In this document: piece by piece, positions 29,061-38,147 of the stretch | Layout of the letters: every line of letters begins with the position of its first letter | Position numbering within the stretch: the stretch's first letter is position 1 | NCBI GenBank assembly: GCA_036676985.1 | Contig: JAKFBU010000001.1 | Coordinates: 130,412 to 194,411, forward strand | Direction: 5' to 3' | Length of the DNA: 64,000 bases | From: Candidatus Sericytochromatia bacterium | Lineage (GTDB): Bacteria; Cyanobacteriota; Sericytochromatia; S15B-MN24; UBA4093 | The notes under the pieces: model-generated | Databases searched by the model: none | Seen by the model: the letters and a program-made list of their open reading frames with translations, nothing else | What the model was told of the DNA's origin: nothing | Made by a program: the position numbers and the translations under genes

Positions 29061-29383
29061 GAGCGAAGGACCCCCTGGCGATCCGGACGTACCACCGTGA
29101 CGTAGTAAACGATGGCCCCCGCGGGGACCAGCAGCAGGATCAGGACGAGGTAGCCGAGGCGCGTCGCCTCGGCCGGAAAGGGCCGTCTCAGGACGTCGAG
29201 GAGCTGCGCCCACATGAAGCCGGCCAGACTGGCCACACCGAGCACGAGCGCGACGGCGCTCAGCCCGAAGGCCGGGTCGGTCCCGAGGCGCCCCGACACG
29301 AGGCCGGCGAAGGCCACCGCGTACAGGAGGGTCGCCAGTCCAACCCCGAGCAGCAGGACATCCAGAGGACGAAACCGTCTCAT
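29057..29383 (-). CDS. Small membrane protein
   Basis: Three hydrophobic segments; ATGA overlap with the LCP gene. Confidence 0.65.
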   Translation of the reverse strand: MRRFRPLDVLLLGVGLATLLYAVAFAGLVSGRLGTDPAFGLSAVALVLGVASLAGFMWAQLLDVLRRPFPAEATRLGYLVLILLLVPAGAIVYYVTVVRPDRQGVLRS

Positions 29384-29589
29384 GTCGGCACCTCGCCTGA
29401 ATCGCAGCCATTGAAACACGACCCGGCCCGCCCTTCAATAGCCGATGTGCCCAATCTTCGAGCGAGCCGGCGGGCGACGGGCATCCGAGCCGGGCAAGCG
29501 GGGGGTCTAGGCGGGACCCCCGACGGGTATAAGGGCATGAGGAGCGACGCGGCCGCCCGGCCCGGCTCCCCTCGTCTCGGAGTGCTGGC

Positions 29590-30876
29590 ATGCCCCGTTC
29601 GACCCTGCTTCCACCCATCCTGGCCCTCCTGGTCGCGCTCTCCGGCTGCGACCTCAGCGGCTCGGGCGTCCAGGTGCCCTCCACGGGCCAAACGCCGACT
29701 CCGGGCCCTGCCGGTGACGGCGTTCTCAGCGGCGTGGTCAAGTACGAGGCCGTGGACACGCCGCACTCCGGGATCACCGTCCGCCTCGTGGGCCCGGGGG
29801 GCGCGGCCGAGACGACCACCGACGACGCCGGCAAGTACCGGTTCTCGGACCTGGCGACGGGCAGCTACGAGCTGAGCTTCGAGCGGAGCCGCTACTTCAC
29901 CGCAACCCGCTCGGTGAGCGTCGAGTCCGGGGGCGTGACCGTGCCGACCGTGACGCTCTCGAACCACCGGCTCCTCTACGCGAGCGCCAGCCTCTACGAT
30001 GCGCCGAACATCAACTCGCTCACGAGCCTCGTCGTGGCCCCGGGGGGCGATCGCCTCGCCTTCGTCGAGGGCGGCGTGCTCAAGACCATCCCCCTTACGG
30101 GCGGGACGGCCACGGTGGTGCGGGACCTGCAGCCGGCGGCGGGCTCGGTCGTCGATTCCTTCACCTGGACCGCCGGGGGACTCGCCTTCGCGCAGATCGA
30201 GGCGGGCGCCACCTCCAGCATCCTCGTCACCTCCGGCCAGGACCCCATGGGCCCCTTCCAGACGGCGACCAGCAGCCCGGCGCTCATGCTCTGTCCGGCG
30301 CTCAGCCCGGACGGCACGCAGCTCGCGTACCTGGCCCGCGTGCCGGAGCTGTGGACCCTGCCCAACGGCGACGGCAGCTCCGCCACCGGCTCCTTCCAGC
30401 TCGCGGTCGTGAAGCAGGAGCGGAGCACGGCAACCGCGACCCGGGTGGGGATCTACCCCATCAACGTCAGCTGGAACTACGGCTTCGGGCCGCTCGAGTG
30501 GACTTCCTCGGGCCTCTTGTTCCACAAGCCCATGTTCTGCGACATCTACCGGAACGATCCGGCCTACGGACCGGTGGGCGACGGCATCTTCCTGCTGTCG
30601 CCGACAGACGGCGCGCTCAAGAAGCTCTACTACTACAGCGACTACGAGCATACCCTCTCGCCGGACGGGCAGATTCTGTACTTCCACGAGGGCCGGCGCG
30701 TCTACGCCCGCCGGGTGGGCGATCCGCGGCACTACAACCAGGGGCACGTGGTCGTGGGCTACGACCGGTCGGGCCGGATCGGCAACATGGCCATGGATCC
30801 GGCCGGCGATCGCCTCTACTACGTGAGCCCGAGCGGGATCGAGGAGATGACGGTGCTTTCCGCGCCGAATGAATGA
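29590..30876 (+). CDS. Lipoprotein with carboxypeptidase-regulatory-like domain and TolB-like beta-propeller
   Basis: Lipobox LSGC; TTTDDAGKYRFSDLATGSYEL; repeated SPDG/APGG..LA[FY] blades. Confidence 0.78.
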   Translation: MPRSTLLPPILALLVALSGCDLSGSGVQVPSTGQTPTPGPAGDGVLSGVVKYEAVDTPHSGITVRLVGPGGAAETTTDDAGKYRFSDLATGSYELSFERSRYFTATRSVSVESGGVTVPTVTLSNHRLLYASASLYDAPNINSLTSLVVAPGGDRLAFVEGGVLKTIPLTGGTATVVRDLQPAAGSVVDSFTWTAGGLAFAQIEAGATSSILVTSGQDPMGPFQTATSSPALMLCPALSPDGTQLAYLARVPELWTLPNGDGSSATGSFQLAVVKQERSTATATRVGIYPINVSWNYGFGPLEWTSSGLLFHKPMFCDIYRNDPAYGPVGDGIFLLSPTDGALKKLYYYSDYEHTLSPDGQILYFHEGRRVYARRVGDPRHYNQGHVVVGYDRSGRIGNMAMDPAGDRLYYVSPSGIEEMTVLSAPNE

Positions 30877-30944
30877 GCGCCTGCTGGGTATAAGGACGCT
30901 GTTCGGCTTGAACGCTTCCCTAGCTGCCAATCAGGAGGATCTCC

Positions 30945-32192
30945 ATGCTGGTGCACCGTAGACGCGTCGCTTCGCTCGCGCTGACCGCGACCATGTTCGC
31001 GCTCGCGATGGGCTGTACGCCGGTCTCGCTCCCCACGTTCGACGACGGCAAGAACTCCAGCGTGGGCGGCTTCAACGGTTCCAACGGCACGGGTGGCACC
31101 AACGGCGGCTCCACGGCCACTCCGACTCCGACGCCCACCGCGACCCCGACGCCCGTCAACTACGGGACGCTGACCTGGGTGCGGTCGGACCAGAACCTGG
31201 ACGTGCCGCGCGACAACGTGGCCGGAGCCGTCCTCGACGGCAACTTCGTCGTGGTCGGCGGCATCACCGCCGGCGGCGGCATCGTCAATACGGTCTCGAC
31301 CTATCCGGTGGCCGGCGCCACGCTGGGCGCTCCGACGGGAACTCCCCAGGGCTACCGCGCGAACATCACCGGCGGCTCCGACGCGGTCTGCTCGCACGGA
31401 GCCTACATCTTCGGCAACCACCTGATCGTCGCGGGCGGCCTGACGCAGCTGCTCGGCCGAACGGCCAACACGGTGTCCGCCCTGCGCGAGAACCTGTTCA
31501 CCGGCATCTGGGCCGACTCGAACGCCATGCCGGAGTCGGTCGAGGGTGGACGCCAGGACTTCGGCATGGCGCAGACCGACACCTTCGCCTATGTCGTCGG
31601 CGGCTTCAAGGGGTCCACGGGGGGGAATGATCCGGGCGAGCCCAGCTCCGACATCCTCGTCGCCACCCACTTCAACGGGACCCTCACCGGCTGGCAGGTC
31701 GCCGGCAGCTTGCCCGGCGCGACCATCGTCCCGGCCAGCGTCGTCGCGAACGGTCGCCTCTACGTGTACGGCGGCCAGCAAGGCATCGGGGCGGGGCAGG
31801 CGCTCGTCAACACCGTCTCCTCGTACGCGATCAACGAGGACGGCACCCTGGGCGCCCGTCAGGCCGAGACCTCGGAGCTCGAGACGACGGGATCGCTGCC
31901 GATCGTGAGCGGCGCCATGCTGACGGCGTTCGGCAACAACCTCTACGCCATCGGCGGCATGGGCTCCAACGGGCCGCGGAAGGAGACCTACATCTCGGTC
32001 ATCGGCGCCGACGGAAAGCTCTCGAAGTGGCGCCCCGCGGGTCTGCTGCCGGATCCCGTCGCGCTGGCGGCCGTGGGAACCGACACCGCCGGCCATTTCT
32101 ACCTGGCGGGCGGCCGGACCGAGTTCCCCACGTCCCAGCAAGGCGGCGAGCCGAACAGCCGGATCTACGTCGGAACGGCCACGCTTCAGTAA
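30945..32192 (+). CDS. Kelch-like beta-propeller lipoprotein with TP linker
   Basis: Lipobox AMGC; TPTPTPTATPTP; repeated (V/Y)xxGG blades (FVVVGG, AYVVGG, LYVYGG, LYAIGG, FYLAGG). Confidence 0.8.
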   Translation: MLVHRRRVASLALTATMFALAMGCTPVSLPTFDDGKNSSVGGFNGSNGTGGTNGGSTATPTPTPTATPTPVNYGTLTWVRSDQNLDVPRDNVAGAVLDGNFVVVGGITAGGGIVNTVSTYPVAGATLGAPTGTPQGYRANITGGSDAVCSHGAYIFGNHLIVAGGLTQLLGRTANTVSALRENLFTGIWADSNAMPESVEGGRQDFGMAQTDTFAYVVGGFKGSTGGNDPGEPSSDILVATHFNGTLTGWQVAGSLPGATIVPASVVANGRLYVYGGQQGIGAGQALVNTVSSYAINEDGTLGARQAETSELETTGSLPIVSGAMLTAFGNNLYAIGGMGSNGPRKETYISVIGADGKLSKWRPAGLLPDPVALAAVGTDTAGHFYLAGGRTEFPTSQQGGEPNSRIYVGTATLQ

Positions 32193-32201
32193 CGACCCGG
32201 G

Positions 32202-32233
32202 AGCGGCCGACCTCGAGTCGGCCGCTTTTCTTT
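32202..32233 (+). terminator. Intrinsic terminator
   Basis: AGCGGCCGAC-CTCGA-GTCGGCCGCT TTTCTTT. Confidence 0.8.
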
Positions 32234-32284
32234 CGCCGGCTCGGATGGGTATAAGGGACTCGACTCCCCACCCAAGAGGCCTCC

Positions 32285-32485
32285 ATGTCCGATCAACCGA
32301 ACGCTCCCACCGATGATCCCCTCGGCGCCGCCCTCGAGGCGGTCACGAGCAACATGGCCCGGCGCTTCAGCGTGCGGGTCGACCGGCTGCTCGCCCAGGT
32401 GGCGGATTTGACGGAGCTCGAGGCGCAAATCGAGGAGCTCGACAAGCTGGAGGCCGAGATCAAGGCGCTGGAAGGCGAGAGTTAG
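32285..32485 (+). CDS. Small acidic coiled-coil hypothetical protein
   Basis: GAGG RBS; heptad pattern LEAQIEELDKLEAEIKALE. Confidence 0.55.
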   Translation: MSDQPNAPTDDPLGAALEAVTSNMARRFSVRVDRLLAQVADLTELEAQIEELDKLEAEIKALEGES

Positions 32486-32593
32486 CTACCGTAGGCGCGA
32501 CGGATCTACCCCCCCATCCCCCCCTGCTAGGGGGGGCTTTCTATGCGTGCCCCTGCTTGGGGGGCCGTGCGCACTTTCCCGGCCCCAAACAGG

Positions 32594-34306
32594 CTATTGG
32601 CAATCGCCGTGGGCCTCGGGCAGCGTGAGCCAGAAGGTGCTGCCCTTGCCGAGCTTACTCTCGACGCCGATGTCGCCGTGCAGCAGCTCCACGAGGCGCT
32701 TGGCGATCGCAAGCCCGAGCCCCGTCCCGCCGAACTGGCGAGTGGGGCTCATGTCTGCCTGGAAGAAGCGCGTGAAGAGCTTGGGAATCACGGCCTCGGC
32801 GATGCCGATGCCCGTGTCGGCCACCTCCAGGCGGATCCGTCCCCCTTCGAACGGGCAGGCCCGGACCGTGATGCGCCCCCCTTCCGGCGTGAACTTGATG
32901 GCGTTGTCCACCAGCTGCGTGAGGACCCGCTCCAGGGACTCGGCATCGGCGCAGACCGGCGGCAGGTCCGGCGCCAGATCGCATGCGAACTCGATCTGCT
33001 TCTCCAGGGCCTTGGGGCGGGAACGCTCGACCAGGTCGCCGACGAAGGGGCCGATGTCCAGCGCTTCCGGAAAGAGCGTCACCTTGCCCGACTGCAGGCG
33101 GTTGAAGGTGAGCATGTTGGTGATGATCTCGAGCAAGCGGTCCGCCCCCTCCAGGATGCGCTGCAGGTAGGTGTGCTGCTCGAGCGTCATGGTGCCCATG
33201 ATCTCGTCTTCGAGGATGCTCGCGAAGCCCGTGATGAAGTTGAGCGGCGTGCGCAGCTCGTGGCTGACGATGGCGAGGAAGTTGTCCTTCATGTCGTCCA
33301 GCGCCTCGAGCTCGCGGACCTGCCGCCGGATGCCCTCCATGAAGGCCTGGCGCTCGGTGACGTCCAGGGAGAGCACCAGCACCCCCTGGTCGCCGACGAT
33401 GTCGCCCAGGGGCAGGCAGGTCAGGTCCCAGTACCGGGTGCCGAGCTCGGGACGGCCGCGCAGGGTGAAGGCGAAGTTGTCCGCATGGAAGGGCTCGTTG
33501 ACCGCCAGGACCCGGCGCAGGATCCCCTCCAGCTCGGCCGCCCCCATGCCGGTGATGGCCGAGACCGGGCAGTCCCGGACGTCCTCCAGCGTGAGCCCCA
33601 AGGAGCGCAGGAAGGCCGGATTGGCCATGCGGACCTTGAGGTCGCCGTCCAGGAAGGTGACGCCCGCCGGCAGCTCCTCGAAGATGGTCTCGAGCAGGCG
33701 GAACTGGGCGCTCTGGGAGCTGAGCGCCTCGACCTCCTCGCGGCGGTGGACCAGATCCTCGTTGACCTCTTGCAGCGTGCTCAGACGCTCGTTGGCGACC
33801 ATGGCCGTCGCCACCTGGGCGGCCACCGTCTCCAGGAACAGGGCGTCATTCTCGTCGAACGCCATGGGCTCGGGAAAGTACAGCGACAGGCTGCCGATGG
33901 CCCGGTCGGCGTAGATCAGGGGGACGAAGGCGGCGCTCGCAAAGCCCCAGTCGCGCGCCCAGACGCGGAACTCGGCGAACTGCTCGTCATGCGGGAAATC
34001 GGACACCAGGACTACTTTCCGCGTGCGGATGGCCGTTAGCGTCGGCGCCTCGGTGCGCGTGGAGAGGGCCTGGAACTGGCGGTTGTAGGCTTCGACCTGA
34101 TCCGGGGGGACGTTGTAAGCGGCCTCGATGACGGCATGACCGCTCGCCTCGTCGAAGCGCCAGATGTTGCCTTTGAAGGCCCCGATGGCGCGGGCCGTGG
34201 CCCGGATGGCGAGAAAGAAGAACTCGGGCAGGCTCAGAGCCGAGGCCAGCGCACGGCTGACCTCGCTGAGGGCTTCGAGTGTCTGTCGCTGCTCGCGAAC
34301 CCTCAC
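32594..34306 (-). CDS. Soluble GAF-PAS sensor histidine kinase (orphan)
   Basis: VSHELRTPL, LVDNAIKFT, VADTGIGI, GGTGLGLAI, GKGSTF. Confidence 0.94.
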   Translation of the reverse strand: MRVREQRQTLEALSEVSRALASALSLPEFFFLAIRATARAIGAFKGNIWRFDEASGHAVIEAAYNVPPDQVEAYNRQFQALSTRTEAPTLTAIRTRKVVLVSDFPHDEQFAEFRVWARDWGFASAAFVPLIYADRAIGSLSLYFPEPMAFDENDALFLETVAAQVATAMVANERLSTLQEVNEDLVHRREEVEALSSQSAQFRLLETIFEELPAGVTFLDGDLKVRMANPAFLRSLGLTLEDVRDCPVSAITGMGAAELEGILRRVLAVNEPFHADNFAFTLRGRPELGTRYWDLTCLPLGDIVGDQGVLVLSLDVTERQAFMEGIRRQVRELEALDDMKDNFLAIVSHELRTPLNFITGFASILEDEIMGTMTLEQHTYLQRILEGADRLLEIITNMLTFNRLQSGKVTLFPEALDIGPFVGDLVERSRPKALEKQIEFACDLAPDLPPVCADAESLERVLTQLVDNAIKFTPEGGRITVRACPFEGGRIRLEVADTGIGIAEAVIPKLFTRFFQADMSPTRQFGGTGLGLAIAKRLVELLHGDIGVESKLGKGSTFWLTLPEAHGDCQ

Positions 34307-34393
34307 CTGGTCGCTCCCTTCGTATGCCCTCCGTGGATTGTAGTAGTCGCCCGCCGGGATGCAACAACCGAACAGAAGAGGGCGGTACGTCTG

Positions 34394-34816
34394 CTACGAC
34401 GCGGGCAGGCCGGTCGCCGGGCCGATCTCGGCATCGATGAGCCGTGCCACCAGGGCGGTGACGCTGATGCGGGCGTCCACGCCCAGCATGGCGAAGAGGC
34501 GATCGTTGCGGGGGTCGTTGACCCGCGCTACCGTCCGCTGCACCCCGTGCATGTGCTTGGCGATCTGGCAGGCGACGAGGTTGTCCTGATCCCGTCCCGC
34601 CACCGCCACCACGACGTCGGCCCGCACGGCCCCCGCCTCGCGCAGCAGGCGCGGGAGGGTGCCGTCCCCGTGCACGGTCATGACGCCGAACTGATCGGAG
34701 ATGGCTTCGCAGACCTGGGCGTCCCGCTCGACCACCGCCACCTCATGCCCCTCGGCGATGAGGGTGCGCACCAGGTGGTAGCCGATCTTGCCGCCGCCGA
34801 TGAGCAATATGAACAT
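34394..34816 (-). CDS. TrkA/KtrA-type RCK_N domain protein
   Basis: MFILLIGGGKIG, VHGDGT..LREAG..AD, DQDNL, VARVNDP. Confidence 0.88.
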   Translation of the reverse strand: MFILLIGGGKIGYHLVRTLIAEGHEVAVVERDAQVCEAISDQFGVMTVHGDGTLPRLLREAGAVRADVVVAVAGRDQDNLVACQIAKHMHGVQRTVARVNDPRNDRLFAMLGVDARISVTALVARLIDAEIGPATGLPAS

Positions 34817-35217
34817 CACACGACCCTCTCGACCATGGAGCCCACGTGCTTGGCGGCCTCGAGGGTGGGGCTGACCACTTCCAGGCCCATGGACCGGTAC
34901 ATGGCGGCCACTTCGAGGTCCTCGACCCGGACGATGACCCTCCGCACGCCGAAGATCCGGCGCGCGATCTGGGCGGCCATGAGGTTGCTGTTGAGGTCGA
35001 AGGAGACGGCGATGAAGCACTCCGCCTGCTCGAGGCCCGCGGTCCGCAGCACGCCCTCGTCGGTGCCGGAGCCATGCACCAGCCGACCCTGAAAGTGCTT
35101 GGAGAGGGCCTCGAGGGCCGCGCGGTCGGGATCGACCATGGTCACGGCATCCCCGCGCGCCGCGAGCTCCTGGACGAGCTGCGAGCCCATCTGACCGCAG
35201 CCGTAGACGACGATCAT
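34816..35217 (-). CDS. TrkA/KtrA-type RCK_N domain protein
   Basis: MIVVYGCGQMG, GSGTDEGVLRTAGLEQA, NSNLMAA, VVSPT. Confidence 0.85.
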   Translation of the reverse strand: MIVVYGCGQMGSQLVQELAARGDAVTMVDPDRAALEALSKHFQGRLVHGSGTDEGVLRTAGLEQAECFIAVSFDLNSNLMAAQIARRIFGVRRVIVRVEDLEVAAMYRSMGLEVVSPTLEAAKHVGSMVERVV

Positions 35218-35334
35218 GCGTTGCTCCCTTCTGGCGGATGCCGTGGGGTAGTCAGCTTTCTTAAGAAATGTTACACCATGGCTTGCCGGTCGACGTCAAC
35301 CGCCCGGCCCAGGAGCGTTCTAGGAGCTGCTGCC

Positions 35335-37248
35335 ATGAACCTACCGTCGTCAAACGCGCGCCGCCCGGAGCTTTCCAAGACCCTCGGCGCCTTCGGCCTG
35401 TTCTCCATCGGCTACGGCAACGTCGGCAGCTCGATCTACTACGCCCTGGGAGTCGTGGCGGCCGCGGCCCTGGGAGCCACGCCCCTGGCCTTCCTGATCG
35501 CCGGGATCTTCTTCGTCTTCACCGCCTACACCTACGCCGAAGGGACGGCCATGTTCCCCGAGTCGGGCGGCTCGAGCACCTTCGCCCGCCATGGCTTCAA
35601 CGAGGCCATCAGCTTCCTGGCGGGCTGGGCGCTGATGCTCGACTACATCGTCACCATCGCCATCTCGGCGGCGAGCTGCGCCTTCTACCTGTCCCACTTC
35701 GTGCCGGCCATCAAGACCCAGCCGGCGCTGGCGGCGGCGATCGCCATCCTGATCGTGCTCGCGCTCACGGTCGTCAACGTCCGCGGCGTCAAGGAGTCGG
35801 CGGCGGTCAACAACTTTTCGGCCTTCGCGGACGTGGTGACCCAGCTCGCCATCATCGCCATCGGCGCGTTCCTCCTGTTCAACTGGCAGCGGCTCCTGAG
35901 CTATCCCAGCACCCCCGGGCAGTGGCCGACCCTCAACCAGTTCGTCTACTCGGTCTCGATCGCCATGGTGGCCTTCACCGGCATCGCGAGCGTCAGCCAG
36001 ATGGCCGAGGAGGCGCATCACCCGGTCAAGAACGTGCCCCGGGCCATCGGCATGGTGGTGCTCGCGGTGTTCGTCATGTACGCGGGCATCAACCTGGTGG
36101 GCTTCTCGGCCCTGTCGCCCTCCGAGCTCGGCAGCACCTGGGCGCTCGACCCGGTGCTCGGCATCGTCAGCGCCATGCCGCCCGCGATCGCGGGCATCCT
36201 CGGTCCCTGGGTCGCCCTGTTGGCCGCGAGCATCCTCCTCATCGCGACCAACGCGGGCCTCATGGGCGTCAGCCGCCTCGCCTTCTCCATGGGCATGCAC
36301 CGCCAGCTGCCGGGGCCCTTCTACAAGCTCCACCCCACGTACAGCACGCCCTACCTGGCGATCGCCTTCTTCGCGGCGATCGCGGTCCTCCTGCTCGCCA
36401 CCGGGTTCTTCTCGGACAAGCTGCTCTTCAACCTGGCGGACCTCTACTCGTTCGGCGCCATGCTGAGCTTCACCATCGCCCATGCCTCGATCCTCGCCCT
36501 GCGCTGGCGGCACCCCGACCTGCCCCGCCCCTGGAAGCTGCCCTTCAACCTCCGGATCCAGGGCCGGGAGATCCCCCTCACGGCGGTGCTCGGGGTCATC
36601 AGCACCTTCGCGGTGTGGCTGGTGGTCGTGGTGGTCCATCCGTGGGGGCGGCTGGTGGGCTTCCTGTGGATCTTCGCGGGCATGCTGCTGTACATCTTCC
36701 ACCGTCAGTCGCACGAGCTGCCCCTGACGAGCACGGTCATCATCAGCCACCTGGAGCCCATCCTGGTGGATCTGTCCATGAAGCGGATCCTGGTGCCGAC
36801 CATCGGGACGCCGTTCAGCGAGGAGATGGTGGCGGTGGCATGCCGCCTCGGCAAGCGGGAGCGCGCCAAGGTCACGGCCTTGTACGTCTTCGAGGTCCCC
36901 ATGGCCCTGCCCGTCGGTTCGCAAGTGCCCACCGAGCTCAGCCGCGCCGACGAGATCCTGACCCGCGCCCAGCAGATCGGCGAGGGGATCGGCGTGGAGG
37001 TCGAGGTACGCTTCGTCCAGGCCCGATCCGCCGGCATGGCCATCGTCGACGCGGCCAAGGAGCTCGAGGCCGATCTCCTGCTCATGGGCATCAGCCCGAG
37101 GGAGCGGCTGGGTCATGCGGCGCTTGGCAGCACCATCAACCACGTCCTGAAGAAGGCCCCGTGCCGCGTGCTCCTCAGCCGCCCACCCCTGGACGTCGAC
37201 AAGCCCGACCCCATGGCGCCGCAGCATCCCGGCATCTCGCTCTCCTAG
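35335..37248 (+). CDS. APC-family permease fused to a C-terminal universal stress protein (USP) domain
   Basis: GYGNVGSSIYYALG, PESGGS, AFTGIASVSQMAEE, about 12 TMs; KRILVPT...LGSTINHVLKKAPCRVLL. Confidence 0.92.
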   Translation: MNLPSSNARRPELSKTLGAFGLFSIGYGNVGSSIYYALGVVAAAALGATPLAFLIAGIFFVFTAYTYAEGTAMFPESGGSSTFARHGFNEAISFLAGWALMLDYIVTIAISAASCAFYLSHFVPAIKTQPALAAAIAILIVLALTVVNVRGVKESAAVNNFSAFADVVTQLAIIAIGAFLLFNWQRLLSYPSTPGQWPTLNQFVYSVSIAMVAFTGIASVSQMAEEAHHPVKNVPRAIGMVVLAVFVMYAGINLVGFSALSPSELGSTWALDPVLGIVSAMPPAIAGILGPWVALLAASILLIATNAGLMGVSRLAFSMGMHRQLPGPFYKLHPTYSTPYLAIAFFAAIAVLLLATGFFSDKLLFNLADLYSFGAMLSFTIAHASILALRWRHPDLPRPWKLPFNLRIQGREIPLTAVLGVISTFAVWLVVVVVHPWGRLVGFLWIFAGMLLYIFHRQSHELPLTSTVIISHLEPILVDLSMKRILVPTIGTPFSEEMVAVACRLGKRERAKVTALYVFEVPMALPVGSQVPTELSRADEILTRAQQIGEGIGVEVEVRFVQARSAGMAIVDAAKELEADLLLMGISPRERLGHAALGSTINHVLKKAPCRVLLSRPPLDVDKPDPMAPQHPGISLS

Positions 37249-37369
37249 GCCCTTTCGGCCCAAAAACTCGACGGCGTTTCCAGCTCTTAAAGATCAGTTA
37301 AACAAACCTTAGCAAGTTTCCGGATCGGATTGCGATAACTCCCTCGCGCCCCTTTTGCGAGGATTACCC

Positions 37370-37927
37370 ATGAGAAAGCCGTTCGCCGCCGTTGCCCTCA
37401 CCGCCCTGCTCCTCTCCGTGAGCGGCTGCGGCTACGCCGGCATTGGACCTGTCTCCCACTCGAGCGCGACGGTTGGGGCCCTCGACAACGCGCCCGCCAC
37501 CAAGGAAGCCTTCGTGAAGGCCGCGGCGGAGCGGGGCGTCAAGCTGACGACCCAGCAGATCCAGATCATCGCCGCCGGGCGTTCGACGCAGCCGAACGGG
37601 ACGTTCGCCTCGCGTCCGGCCGCCAACCTGACGGCCGAGCAGAACCTGGACGTGCACTTCAAGAAGCACGGCCACGAGTTCGTCCCGGCGATCACGAGCG
37701 CCGATCAGTACCGCCAGCAGGCGGTGGACCTGGCCGCCGGCAAGCGCGGCGCCATCAAGTACCTGTTCGACACCACGAGCTTCGACAAGGGCTACCAGTC
37801 CAACGTGGTCCGCTGGAACCCCCAGACCAAGGAAATGACCGCCGTCCGTCCCGATGGCGCGGTGACGACCTACTACCGCAACTTCAGCCTCTCGCCGAAG
37901 CGCTTCATCGAAGTGCCGGTGTTCTAA
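37370..37927 (+). CDS. Lipoprotein with a toxin-like (colicin D/BECR-type) RNase motif
   Basis: Lipobox VSGC; LDVHFKKHGHEF..YRQQA..VRWNPQTKEMTAVRPDGAVTTYY. Confidence 0.6.
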   Translation: MRKPFAAVALTALLLSVSGCGYAGIGPVSHSSATVGALDNAPATKEAFVKAAAERGVKLTTQQIQIIAAGRSTQPNGTFASRPAANLTAEQNLDVHFKKHGHEFVPAITSADQYRQQAVDLAAGKRGAIKYLFDTTSFDKGYQSNVVRWNPQTKEMTAVRPDGAVTTYYRNFSLSPKRFIEVPVF

Positions 37928-37939
37928 GTCAAGCCAATC

Positions 37940-37972
37940 AAACGCCCCCCTTTCGAGGGGGGCGTTTTTCTT
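37940..37972 (+). terminator. Intrinsic terminator
   Basis: AAACGCCCCCC-TTTCGA-GGGGGGCGTTTTTCTT. Confidence 0.85.
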
Positions 37973-38004
37973 GGACGCTCTGTGTGACAGCCTTCAAACG
38001 GCAA

Positions 38005-38113
38005 GTCGGCCCTCCCGTCACCCTCGCGAACACGGGGGTCCAGAATAGCCGAATACTGTAACTACCGGACGGCCATGCCCTGGATTCCCGCGTTCGCGGG
38101 AATGACGGGAGCG
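38005..38113. repeat. REP-like palindrome pair (same family as 2351 and 57625), arms in reversed order
   Basis: CTCCCGTCACCCTCGCGAACACGGGGGTCCAG-N36-CTGGATTCCCGCGTTCGCGGGAATGACGGGAGCG. Confidence 0.85.
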
Positions 38114-38147
38114 CAAAGGCATGCTGCGATAAAAGCCCTCGACAGGC

